64,000 bases of DNA, taken from positions 161,634,001-161,698,000 of the forward strand of contig OZ024740.1 of the NCBI GenBank assembly GCA_964016885.1, in the 5' to 3' direction. The notes under the pieces are model-generated. The model made no database searches and had not been told where the DNA came from. It saw nothing but the letters and a program-made list of their open reading frames with translations. The translations under genes and the position numbers were made by a program. The DNA is from Eledone cirrhosa (taxonomy: Eukaryota). Of this stretch, positions 38,900 to 51,645 are shown one piece after another; position 1 is the first letter of the stretch, and each line of letters opens with the position of its first letter.

Positions 38900-41800
38900 T
38901 CTTTATTAACCACAAGGGTTTACATAAAGTAGACATTAAGGACAGTACAGAACAATACAGGACAGTACAAGTGGGCATTTCTGCGTGTAAAAAACAAAAA
39001 CAGAGGATGTAACAAAAAAATAACAATGAAAAATTCCCCAATACGTGGGACACTTCCGAGGAACATTCGTGGAGAAAGCCCATTAAAAAGCCACAGTGAC
39101 CCTGACCACCAGGGCAAGTGCCCTCTCCCAGTTTTCCACCTTTAATTTACAGATACATACTCAGAGTAGGCCCATACACTTGGGTCATTCTTGCCTCTCT
39201 CACCCATCTTTCAACAAAATGCTGGGAAGAGAGCACTTCCTTCTCTACCCTGATTTTCCTTTTCAAATCAGGGCATCACCGAAGAGGTAAGGCTCGTCTT
39301 CAGCCCTTTCAAACGTATCGACCATACTTTCTCTTTCGCCATGGCCACCGGACATATAAAATCTGCCTGCCTTTCCCGATTGGTCGAGGGCTGTGAGCGC
39401 CTGAAAACATTCCAGTCTCCAAGCGCTCCCTCTCGGTCTTCGCTTGACCCAGGACTGCAGCTCCGTCAAGGAGACGAGCTGGGTAAAGACGCGTCTAGCA
39501 AACGGCGACCACACCTGATCACCGTCGAGGAAGAGGTGGAGATGTCGTAGCCTGAGCGCGTGTCTGCGCATCATCAGCCACGGCATGCCCAGTACTCCAC
39601 GTAGCGGGTGTTGACAGCAGATGGACCGCCTGACCATCGGAGCGCGTCCCTTCCACAAAAAGCGAAAGAGCAAACGCTCCAGCGCAGTCAGGCGGGGCTT
39701 AGGACAAGGTACGACGGTCAGGCGGTAGTAGATGACGGACGCGATGTACGCGTTAGGCACCTCCGCTCAACCTTTCAGGGATAGCTTCCTCCGCCCATTT
39801 CTGGGTGAGAGAAGCCACCCTGCTCGTCACCTCGTCCCAGTTTTTGTCCGTCTGGAGGTCCGGACCGAACCAGACCCCTATCAATTTAACCGGTCCGTCC
39901 GTCCAGCGCCCGACGACGCTGTTGGACGGCATGGACCTGCCTCTCCAGGTGCCGAGCTGCAAGCCCACTGACTTTTCCTGGTTGATCATTGCTCCTGTCA
40001 CCGCTTCGTATTCTCTTAGTGTAGTGCCGATCGCCTAGATGTGTTTGGCGTTCGACACCACTACGGTGACATCGTCCCCATATGCTGACACGGATGTTCC
40101 GCATCCTAGTTCGCGCGGGATCCCCCTCAACGTCTCCAGTTTGTGCAGTAATGGCTCGAGAGTCAATACGTACAAGAGGGACGAGAGGGGACATCCTTGG
40201 CGGACCGAGCGCATGATATTGAACGGTTCCGAAAGGTGACCGTTCACTCTCACCACAGAGCAGATGTCGCTGTGCATGGCAGCGATCCAGCCTCTGAAGA
40301 CGGGCCCAAAGCCAGCCGCCCTCAGGACTGCCGCTAGGTAACGATTGTCGACCCTATCGAAAGCTTTCGACTGATCTAAATTGATCAAGGACCCACCCGT
40401 GCCAGGTTCCCTAGCTACCCTCGCCACGATTATTCGCATGAGATGGAGGTTGTCGTGGATGGATCTGTCGGGAATGGTGCATGTCTGCGCCTCTCCCACC
40501 AGACCACCAACGACAAGCGCCCACCTCTTTGCTAGAACCTTGGCCAAAATCTTGAACTCTGTATTTAACAGAGTTATGGGTCTAAAATTATCTATGTTAT
40601 CCCGCTTGTTCGGATCCTTTCTCAGCACCGCCACAGCTCCTCGGCTCGCAGAGCTGTGAAATCTCCCGTTCTGTTGCCAGTTGCAGTAGACGTCCGCCAA
40701 GAGGCCTCCGAACAAGTCTGGCATCTGTACGTAAAGTTCATAGGGCAGACCATCCAAACCAGGCGATTTACCCCTTGTGCAGCCAGTCATTGCCTCCCGT
40801 ACTTCAGCGGCTGTTATCGGCTTTTCGCAACACTTCGCCTCAGTGGCCGAGAGCCGCGGCAGTCCGTCGAGGTAGACACTAAAGTCCATCCCTCGATCCG
40901 GCCCGCCGCTGCCCCCGAGCAGCTGAGCGAACTGTCGCTGAAAAGCTTCACACATTTTCCCGGGATCGAGTAGCATGCGCCCGTCGTGGTCCACCAAAGA
41001 CCGGATCGTGGCTTTGTTGCCACGACGTGCCTCCGCCACTCGGACCCATTGAACGGCTTTCGCCCCCTCGTGTCTGAGAGCACGCACGCTAGCTCTGACA
41101 ACGCAGCCTTCGTGCTTTGCATTGAAGAATTGGTCAAGGGCCAATTTCGCCGCAAGTGCGTCGGTCGCGATGCCTTTGCTAAGCGCCTCGTCTAATTTTC
41201 TAACTAGTTCTCTGTTCTATTTTTCCTATTGCTAAAGCCTTACTAAACCTAATGGAATATATTCTAATCGCTCTTTTCAGAGTAAACCACCACTTGTTGC
41301 TGACGATGGCCTCCGTCAACGCCCGCTTAACTAGTTCGCTAATCAGGTCTCTGTAAGGACACGTTTAGCTTCCACTAGCCGGGTCCTCGTCTATGAAGCC
41401 TATCTAAGTCAAGCACACATATCACGAATTTGTGGTCCGTGTAGCTGACTATCTTGAATTGTGGACAGCCTATGCTAGACCTATCTATTTCCCTACAAAA
41501 TACTCTATCTAGATATGATCTGGATGACCCTATGCGATTTGTCCAATTCCACATTGGTACATTCGGGAAATCCAATCGGTACCTGTCAGACAGTTCAAAA
41601 CGCCTGAGCAGGTTGGTGAGGCTCTTGCACCCTCCTCCCCTATCCGCTAATCCCACACAGTCCCAGCGTGCATCTAAGATCCCGTTCCAGTCGCCCACTA
41701 ACACTAAGAAAGGTTCCAAGAAAGGTCTCCAGACGCCGGAAGAAATCAGGCCGCCCTGCTCCTGTCGGTACATAGACGGCCACTAGCCTGAAAGCTTGCC

Positions 41801-44331
41801 CGTCTCCGCTGGTCACGTCCAGCACCACCAACTTACCTTCTGGGTCCATGAAGATGACCCGTATGGCGAGATCCTAACCTCTCCGAAAAAGCACAGCAAC
41901 TCCTCCCCCCGATCCAGGACGGCTGGGAGATGCGTATACATTGTAGCCGCCGCAGATTTGTGCGAAGGCCCGTGCTTCGGAGATTCTGGTCTCGCTGATG
42001 GCCACTACATCTATGTTTAGTGACCTGAGGTCGACCCCAAGCCACGCGCATTTATGCTGCCTGTTCTGAGTGAGGTCATGTTGAAATGGAGTGGAAAAGA
42101 TGGGAAAGATGGGAAAGAACACTTACCTTATTTCTCGTAGAGGAAGGATGGTTTCTCCATCCTTTTCAATGCTTGTGGCCTCCTCAGGAAGGATATCCTT
42201 ATAAATCCTCCTGGAGAGTGTTTTTCGGAAGACTCCGATGTCTTTGGGGAATTTTTGTTTTAGTGTCGTGTACGTTTCCTGTGTGATGCGAGTGATTTGT
42301 ATGTGTGGAGGTGGTGTGAACTTTTGGGGTGTTGTATAGTCTTTTTCTCTGATGCTGGTGTTGTGTTGGATGTAGTGTAATAGTTAGTTGTTGTTCAAAT
42401 TTAAGGCTGTGTAGTGTGTATGGTTTTGTTTGTTTTGTTTTGTTTGGGTTTGTTGTGGGTTAGTTTCTGTTTTGCTGCTTGGTGACTTTTGTGGTGTTGG
42501 AGATGGTGGTGCTGGGGTTAATGATGGTGTTGGGGTTAATGATGGTGATGGTGTTGGGGTTAATGATGGTGATGGTGTTGGTGTTTGTGGTGATGGGGTT
42601 GGTGATGCTGGTGTGGATGGTGGCATAGCTGTCCTAACTTTTTTGTTTGATAGTTTATTTGTTTCCTTCTGTATTTTGTTTTTGGAGGGGGAAGGAAGAG
42701 AATTTTTTTTCTTTTTTGGCTTCTTTTTCTTTTTTTCTTTTTTCCTGATACCGTATCCCACTCCTCCTCGTCACACTCCGTCTCCAGTTGCGATAGGTCG
42801 GGGAGTGGAAAATCCTCCACAGGCGTTGGTTTTGGTTGTGGCGTGGTGTATGGTGTAGGCGCTGGTGCTAGTTCTGGGGCGTTGGGTGGTGGTGGTGTTG
42901 GTTTTGCTACTGTTGCTGGGGTTGTTGCTGCAACAGTTGCTTCGGTTGTTGCTGCTACAGTTGTTGCTGCCATTTCTGCTGCTGGTGGTGTTGATGGTTG
43001 AGTCACTGGGGTGGGTAAGAGAGATGGCCTCAACTTTTTAGCCTGAGAGCAGAAAGCCCTTAGGTGGGTTCCTTCACCACAAACGACACACCTAGACCCT
43101 CTACCCTCGACGATTACGGTGAGGTGGGTGCCGTCAGTGAGTTCTATTACCTCTGGGATCTCCTCAATGCTTTTTTGGTCCGCTTGGATCAGGAGCTCCA
43201 TCCCAGATCCGGACCAGTTCTCCTGCTTTTCTTTTGCTATTTCTATTATTTTGGTGTTGGCCTCGATGCCGGCGAGGACGGCAGCCATTAGCCAGGGAAT
43301 TTCGATGGCCGGTGGAACGTGGGTCACCCTGATCTTTACGAGTCTCTGGGCACAATAGCTTGGGACGAGTGTGAAGTCGTCCCTTCTTAATGGGGCCATG
43401 GAGTGCTCTCTGGCCTCCTGTGGTGTTCCAAAGAACACGTCCACGGTTCCATATTTCTGCCCACGTCTGATGTGGGATATTTTTGCCCACACATGTCCCA
43501 AAGCTTTTTGGATTTGGGACTCGGATGCCCGTTCCACTCGGCGCGATTTTATGTTAATCGTCCGATAAGACACGGTGCATAGGCGCCGATGCTCCATTTT
43601 ATTTTGTTGGGGTGAGGCTGACCCTGTACACATCTTTCTTTACCATTCTCTTGGCTTCATCTAGTTCCTCCTGAGTTACCTGGATTGTTTCGCATTTTTT
43701 AGCTGCTTTGGCAAATGACACGATGTTGTTATTCTCATTGTTGTTGTTACTGTTGTTGTTATTGTTACTTTTGTTATTGTTATTTTTAGTTTCAGTTGTG
43801 GTGGTGGTGGCGTCAGTGGTGTTCGGTGTGGAAGAGTCTATTCTGGATGAATCCATTTCGATGTCACGAGATAATTTATTTTTTTCTTTTGTTTCTGTTG
43901 TCGCTGTGGTGGTGGTGGGGGGGGGGGGCGGCTTCAACACCGGCAGTCATTGGTAATGGCGGGAAATGAATGTCTGCATGAGACAAATTTAAATTATTGC
44001 TAAACTTATATTTTTAGTGTTGGCAAACGTAGTAATATTTACAATGGTGGTGTTGGTGTGAGGTGTTACTTTGTGAGGAAGGCTCTCAGCTGCTTGGTGT
44101 AGCTGTGAGTCGTTCATGATTTTTTCAAAGAAATTTTTTGTTTGATAATTATAAAAGTTTAAATTTTGGGCTCAAGGCCCCAATCTTTTTGAGTGTCCTT
44201 TTCAGAAAGCAATGTTTGCGCACTTATAAACAGTTAACAAAAAAATGTTTCCATAAATGGCAATTTTAAACAACTGCAAACAACAAACCTTTGCGGAACT
44301 CACGATGATACGATTTCCTACGTAGTTCACC
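38897..44331 (-). mobile_element. Full-length decayed Tx1/L1-clade LINE (copy C, same family as B) with internal deletion near 39375
   Basis: Highly similar to copy B; (AAT)n both sides; ORF2 fragments ~39120-42079, ORF1 ~42123-43950. Confidence 0.92.
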
Positions 44332-44382
<51 letters not shown>

Positions 44383-44383
<1 letters not shown>

Positions 44384-44829
44384 TTGAAGGACTTTAAAAA
44401 GAGCGTATGCCTGCTAATTGATATGTCCGTTCCAATAGACAAGAATGTATCTATAAAAATATTTAAAAAATTGAGCAAGTATAAGGACCTGGAGATAGAA
44501 ATTGGAAAAATGTGGAAATTGAGAACTAAAACAATACCAGTGGTTGTAGGCGCTCTAGGAATGATACCTAAGGGGTCTAATGATTACTTATCGCAAATCC
44601 CAGGAAACCCGCGTATAGGTGAAATACAAAAGACAGTACTAATGGGAACTGCCCATATACTAAGGAAGATTCTGTCAATATAAGTACATCACAAGTCTAA
44701 ACACCTAAAGATGCATGTGTGAGTATGTATATTCTTTCTTGAACATGGCGGACCTTGTTGTCTCTTGAGGTCACTGGTTGTGACTTGGTGATAACTCGTA
44801 TGAACATAAAGCAAGATAAATGCAGCTGT
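44383..44829 (+). mobile_element. 3' fragment of a second R4/Dong-like family (RLE end + UTR)
   Basis: CLLIDMSVP...KLSKYKDLEIEI...IPVVVGALG...IQKTVLMGTAHILRKIL; (AAT)n both sides. Confidence 0.85.
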
Positions 44830-44844
44830 AATAATAATAATAAT

Positions 44845-47800
44845 TTATTTATTGGCCACAAGGGCTGACATCAAGAAAAACATTACAGACGGCACAAGAC
44901 GGTACAGGACGGTACGATGTGGGTCTTGTGCGTGTAAAGATTTGTATTATTTATATAAGAAAAGAAAAAGAAAAAGACATAGAAACATATATATATATAT
45001 AAACAATAAAAATGGAAATTGAAACAATGAAAAATTCCCCAATAGGGGGGAAATCTCCGAGGGTTACTCGTGGCGAAAACCACACAAAAGACCACGGCCA
45101 CCCTGACCACCAGGGCAAGCGCCCTCTCTCAATTTTTCCATTTCTCAAACTACAGGCGTATATTCAGAGCGGTCCCGTTCACTCGGACCATTCTCGCTAC
45201 ATTCACCCACCTTTCAACAAACTTTCTAGAAGGCAGCACTTGCCTCTCCACCCTGATTTTCCTCTTCAAGTGAAACTTGAAAAAGTTAATTAGGGATTCG
45301 CCGAAGAGGAAAGTGTCTGTCTTTAACCCTTTCAACCTTGTCCACCACACAATCTCTTTCGCCATGGCCACCAGGCAGATGAAAACCGCCTGCCCTTCCT
45401 CCTCGAAGGAGACGGTGAGACCATCTGCACAATGGACTCAGTCGATAACCGGATCAGTCCTACACGCGACAGCAACTATTCGACATAGCTCCACAAGTCA
45501 GCAATGCTCGGGCACTGAACGAGTGCGTGCACGACGGTTACGTTACTCTGCGCGCATCTCGGACAGGCTCGGCTGACGGCACTACCGTGCCTGTAGAGTT
45601 TATCTCGAACCGGCAACGCTCCCCGGTAGCACTTCCAGGCCAGGGATTTTTGGAAGCTATCCATAGGCCCTGGGTTGAAAGTTCTGCGGAAGAGAGCAAA
45701 CAGCTGATCTTCTTCGACGCCCAGGATCTCTCCGAGAACGTCGTCGCTCTTCCCCTCCGCTAGTCCTCTATAGAACGCCGAGGTGGATGTTCCACCGATA
45801 CTGGTGCCCAGCTGGCAGAGGGCGATGAGCGCCTGGAGACATTCCAATTTCCAAGCGCTATCCCTCGGTCTTTTCCTGACCCAGGCCTGCAGCTCCGTCA
45901 AGGAGACGAGCTGTGGGAAAACGTGCCTGTTCACCTGTTCACTGTCAAGGAAGCACCAGAAATGTCGCAGCCTCAGCGCATGTTTGCGTATCATCAGCCA
46001 TGGCATGCCTAGTCCTCCACGCAACGGGTGTTGACAGCAGATGGATCGTCTGACCATGGGAGCGCGTCCCTTCCAAAAGTAGCGGAAGAGGAGGCGCTCC
46101 ATTTTGGTGAGAGTTGGGCCGGGGCAAGGGACGACAGTGAGGCAGTAGCAGATGGCGGATGCGATGTACGCATTCGCCATCTCCGCCCGGCCATTCAAGG
46201 ACAGCTTCCTCTCGGCCCATTTCTGGGTGAGGGAGGCCACCCTGCTCGTCACCTCGCTCCAGTTTTTCACCATCTGGAGGTCCGGTGCGAACCAGACCCC
46301 GAGAAATTTAACCGTCCGTCCGTCCAATGCCCCACGACGCTGTCGGACGGCATGGACTTGCCTCTCCAGGTGCCGAGCTGCAAGCCCACCGACTTTTCCT
46401 GAGTTATCTATGCTCCTGTCACCGCTTCGTATTCCTTGAGAGTGGTGCCGAGCATCTGGACATGTTTGGTGCTCGACACCACCACGGTGACGTCGGCGGC
46501 GTAAGCCGACTCGGATTTCACGCATCCTAGTTCGCATGGGACGCCCCTCATCGCCCCCAGTTTGTGCAGTAACGGCTCGAGAGCCAATAGGTACAAGAGG
46601 GACGAGAAGGGACAACCCTGGCGGACCGAGCGCATGATGCTGAATGGCTGCGACAGGTGACCGTTCACCCTCACAACTGAGCAGATGTCGCTGTACATCG
46701 CAGCGATCCAACCTCTGAAAACGGGCCCGAAACCGGCTGCCTCTAGGTCCGCCGCCAGGTACCGATGGTCGACCCTATCAAATGCTTTGGATTGATCCAA
46801 GTATTCAGGGCTCCACCCGTGCCAGGTTCCTTAACCACCCTCTCTAGGATGTATCGCATGAGGTATTGTCGTGAATGGATCTGTCCGGAATGGCGCATGT
46901 CTGCGCCTCTCCCACCAGGCCCTCGACAACAAGAGCCAACCTCGTTGCTAACACCTTGGCCAAAATCTTGAACTCTGCGTTTAGCAGGGTTATGGGCCTG
47001 AAGTTATCGATAACATCCCCATTGTTCGGGTCTTTTCTCAGCAGCGCCACCACTCCCCGGCTCACAAAACTGGGAATGCTCCCGTTCTGCTGCCAGTTGC
47101 AGTAGACGTCTGCCAAGAGGTCACCGAACAAGTCTGACATAAATGCATAAAACTCGTAGGGCAGACAATCCAAACCTGGCGATTTACCCCTATTAACAGT
47201 TACCTATCGCTTCCCGTATTTCACCGGCTGTTATTGGCTTTTCGCAACACGGTACTGCGGTCGTCGAGAGCCGAGGCAGTCCGTCGAGGTATACACTGAA
47301 GTCATACTCCGATCCGGCCCGCCGCTGCCCCCGAACAGTTTAGCCAAGTGCTGCTGAAAATCCTCACACATCTGCTCGGGTTCAAGCAACACGCGCCCGT
47401 TTTGGTCAGACAAAGACCGAATTGTGGCTTTGTTGCCACGTCGCGCCTCTGCCACCCGGGCCTATTGGACGGCTGTGGTCCGTGTAGTCGACTACTTTAA
47501 ATTTTGGACAACCTACACTAGCCTTATCTGTTTCCCTACAGAATACCATATCTAAATACGATCTGGATGACCCGATGAGGTTTGCCCATGTCCACATTGG
47601 CACATTCGTTTAATCCAGTCTATACCTGTCAGACAGTTCAAAACGTCTGAGCAAGTTGTTGAGGCTTTTACATCTTCCTGACCCACATAATCCCAGCGTG
47701 CATCTAAGATACCGTTCCAGTCACCTACTAACACTAAAGAGTGGGACGTTCCAAGAAAGGTCTCTAGACGTCTGAAGAAATCTGGCCGTCCTTCCCCTGC

Positions 47801-48720
47801 TGGGGCGTAGACGGCTACTAGCCTGAAAGTATTGCCTTCGCTGCCGGTCACGTCCAGCACCACTGACTTACCTTCTGGGTCCAGGAAGATGGCCCGTATA
47901 GCGAGATCCAAGCCTCTCCGAAAAAGCACAGCAACTCCTCCCCCCGATCCTGGACGGCTGGGAGATGCGTATACATCGTAGCCGCCGAAGATCGGTGCGA
48001 AGGCTCGTGCTTCGGAGATTCTGGTCTCACTGATGGCCACCACATCTATGTTTAGTGACCTGAGGTCGTTGAGCAGGTGACTCTGCTTCCAAGATGACCC
48101 CAGGCCACGTACATTTATACTGCCTATTCTAAGTACGGCCATGTTGGATGAGAAAAGGGGTAAGTGAGAAAGGATCACTTACCTTGATCGTGTGGCGGAG
48201 GGACAGTAGAACCGTCCCTTTGGCTGGTCATGGGTGTTTCCAAGATGGTGTCGGTGTATATTCTCTTGGTAACCGACCCTCTGAAGACTCCAACTGCGTT
48301 GGGGATTTTTCTTTTAAAAGTGTATAATGTTCTATTTTAATTTCAATGATGTTTATGTTTTTCGGGAGAGTTCTTGGGGTTGGTGGGGTGTAGTATTTTT
48401 TTTTTCTGTGGTGTATGTGTGCTGATTTATATGTTGTAAGAGTTCTTTATTTGCCTTGTTTATGGCTGTGTACTTTTTTGGGGGAGGGGTGGTTTTGTTG
48501 CTGTTTTCTTGTTGTTGGTGTTGGGTGTGCGTGCTTTGTTGTGTTTGCGATGTTGGTGTTTTTGGTGATGCTGGTGGTGGTGGTGTGGTTGTTGTTGGTG
48601 GTGGTGTGATTGTTGTTGGTGGTGATGCTTGTGGTGGTGATAGTGATGTTGGTGGTGTTGCTGCAAGTCTCCTTGCAGCCTTTACACCTCTTTGTTTGCC
48701 TTCGCTTTTTTCAGGGTGAA
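44845..48720 (-). mobile_element. 5'-truncated, decayed Tx1/L1-clade LINE (copy D, related subfamily)
   Basis: MAVLRIGSINVRGL APE start at 48142; RT motifs; deletion near 47475; ORF1 C-terminal remnant; 3' end abuts (AAT)n. Confidence 0.88.
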
Positions 48721-48730
48721 GCTAGGTAAT

Positions 48731-48883
48731 GATGTAACGATCGAATCCGACTCTGAAATCGCAAGCTCTTCAGATACGTCTCGATCTACGAAGCAGAATT
48801 TCCAAATTTGGAAACTCTGCTTCGTAGAATCGAGACGTATCTGAAGACCTTGCGATTTCAGAGTCAGATTCGATCATTATATC
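48731..48883. repeat. ~150-bp near-perfect palindrome
   Basis: Centre TTCCAAATTTGGAA; arms GATCGAATCCGACTCTGAAATCGCAAG / CTTGCGATTTCAGAGTCAGATTCGATC. Confidence 0.85.
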
Positions 48884-49010
48884 GATCGTGCCTCGAGTTG
48901 GTCCACAGAGAAACTATTGTAATATGTCTAATAAATGTTATTCGTCGCAACACTGATTCTCCGTTTCTTATGTGATATATATATCGTTTCCCAAAGTATA
49001 ACAATATATT

Positions 49011-49137
<127 letters not shown>

Positions 49138-49172
49138 AGTAAGTATGTTTTGAAACAGTGAGCGAGTTTGAA

Positions 49173-49374
49173 ATTAGAAAATATATAACTTTCACCGTAT
49201 TTTTGACTAAAGGAATTTTAGCTTGATAACGAGGTTTAGAACCCTCAGATAAATGGAAAAAGATGAGTATTGACGTACATGTACGTCAATACTCATCTTT
49301 TTCCATTTATCTGAGGGTTCTAAACCCCGTTATCAAGCTAAAATTCCTTTAGTCAAAAATACGGTGAAAGCTAT

Positions 49375-49386
<12 letters not shown>
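49173..49386. repeat. ~214-bp near-perfect palindrome
   Basis: Centre GACGTACATGTACGTC; arms match with very few mismatches. Confidence 0.9.
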
Positions 49387-49402
<16 letters not shown>

Positions 49403-49406
<4 letters not shown>

Positions 49407-49900
49407 TGTTATACTTTGGGAGGGTCATGTTGCCAATAAGAAACACACGCACCAGTTGCTTTCACTTCAATTTATTATATATTTATAAATTTATAAATTT
49501 ACAAATTTACAAACTTATAAATTTCTGGTTGGTTGGTTGGTTCCACAACCAGATAGTTGTTTATATATAGTCATAGTCCTTTCGTCACACACTCTGTGAC
49601 CTCTTCAGTGACTGGGGATTCCTTTATCCCCAGTCTCTGAAGAGGTCACAGAGTGTGTGACGAAAGGACTATGAATATATATAAACAACTATCTGGTTGT
49701 GGAACCAACCAACCAACCAGAAATTTATAAGTTTGTAAATTTGTAAATTTATAAATTTATAAATATATAATAAATTGAGGTGAAAGCAACTGGTGCGTGT
49801 GTTTCTTATTGGCAACATGACCCTCCCAAAGTATAACAATATCGGTTTCAACACACGATTTCAGATAAATAATCTTGCTAAACAAATTCAGAAACGAAAT
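49403..49900. mobile_element. ORF-less fold-back made of two inverted pLTRs of the 7.1-8.4 kb PLE family
   Basis: Near-identical to 7104-7385; HHRs at 49569-49613 (-) and 49632-49676 (+, stem I damaged). Confidence 0.88.
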
Positions 49901-49914
49901 ATATATATATATAT

Positions 49915-50517
49915 AAAAGAATGAAACGAAATTTCATTTCTCACTCTTAGTACAGCTGATACTTAAATGTAAGTATGTATACGTACATACATATATGTAT
50001 ACAGACGTACAGTAGTATGTATATATATATAGATACATGCACAAATATATATATGTACGTATGGGTTTACCGAACATTTATTATAATGTTCGGTTTGTTT
50101 GTAAACAAACAGCCCGGATTACGCCGTACAGTGTTCGGCAACCATCGTCGCCTTTTTGTTCAACACTGACACAGGAATGATGTACTATTTTCAAGCTTAT
50201 TAGCTATCGTCAGCATCGTATACCTTCCTGTCAGATGATTGAACGTTTGAAAGTATATACTTTCCTTATGCATATTAACGGCTGAGCAGCCTAATTTGCA
50301 TATCGAGTGAGTTAGTCGGTGGTGCGTACCGAAAATGATAAATAGAAAAGAATGAAACGAAATTTCATTTCTCACTTTTAGTACTGCTGATACTTAAATG
50401 TAAGTATGTATACGTACATACATATATGTATACAGACGTACAGTAGTATGTATATATATATACATACATGCACACATATATATATATGCACGTATGGGTT
50501 TACCGAACATTTATTAT
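49915..50517 (-). mobile_element. 431-bp unit with ~170-bp partial tandem repeat, HHR-bearing (pLTR/retrozyme-like)
   Basis: AAAAGAATGAAACGAAATTTC... at 49915 and 50346; HHR between them. Confidence 0.7.
50167..50233 (-). ncRNA. Type I hammerhead motif with extended stem I
   Basis: Reverse complement CAGGAA..GATG-CTGACGA-T-AGCT-AATA-AGCT-T-GAAA-ATAG-TA-CATC-A-TTCCTG. Confidence 0.65.
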
Positions 50518-50570
50518 GCACTGGGATAATTGCTGGCCTTGTTCCAAAAATAGAAACAATTATTAAGTAG

Positions 50571-50760
50571 GGCGGTAGATTAGCAGTATCGTTAGAGGGT
50601 CGGCAGACATACTTTGCAGTATAGAGTTACAGCCCTTTACGGTCTGAGTTCAAATCCACCTGAGGTTAACTTTGTCTTTCATCCTTACGGGGTCGATAAA
50701 ATAAAGCACCAGTTATGCACTGAGGTAATTGCTGGCCTTGTGCCAAAAGGAGAAACAATT
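50571..50760 (+). mobile_element. Deu/Nin-like tRNA SINE
   Basis: GGCGGTAGATTAGCAG head, GAGTTCAAATCC B box, central domain. Confidence 0.8.
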
Positions 50761-51452
50761 CTTAGCTAGACGTTGGATGGCTTGTTTCACAATCTTGAGG
50801 TCTCGAGTCCAATCTCACTGCGTGGCATCCTGTAAACTGTCAGATGGATTATACCTATCAGGTCACATCTCGTGTCAGGCTGATTTGGCTTGGGAATTTT
50901 ATGTATATATATATACTGAAACGTGTTGTGTGCATTTGACGAACCGAGGGTTCAATTGGTGCAGTTGGCTTATGGAATACTCAATCACTAGCACGTTAAT
51001 TGACTAGTTGGATGTTCAGTTCACCGAATAAATAAATACTCATCGTCGAAACTGAAGAAAAATCCAATCATTGATTAAATTTGAAACATGCACTAAATGC
51101 ATGCTGTTTCTTCTCTTTTTCAGAAAATGAATTCTATTCGTTCAAATTTATTCTATGCCTTTTCGATATTTCTGAACCATTTCGAACTTCGTAGCAATAA
51201 AGAATTTTGTAAAATATCTATACCGGCTTCTATGAAAAATAAACAATGTATACATATAATAAATGTAATCTGTATACATCGATAGATTCGATGCATCTTC
51301 AATTTAAAACTATGACAGTTACTGCTGCTGCTTTTGTATTTAAATAAACACCCCACATCTTCCCAGAAATATTATTCAACTCTATTACGGTATTCAGCAT
51401 TTTTCACTACTCAGCAACTCACACCAGAGTGAACCCTTAGTAACATATATAG

Positions 51453-51525
<73 letters not shown>

Positions 51526-51560
51526 TATATACATATATATATATATACATATATATATAC

Positions 51561-51592
<32 letters not shown>

Positions 51593-51603
51593 TTGTATAT
51601 GTA

Positions 51604-51640
<37 letters not shown>

Positions 51641-51645
<5 letters not shown>

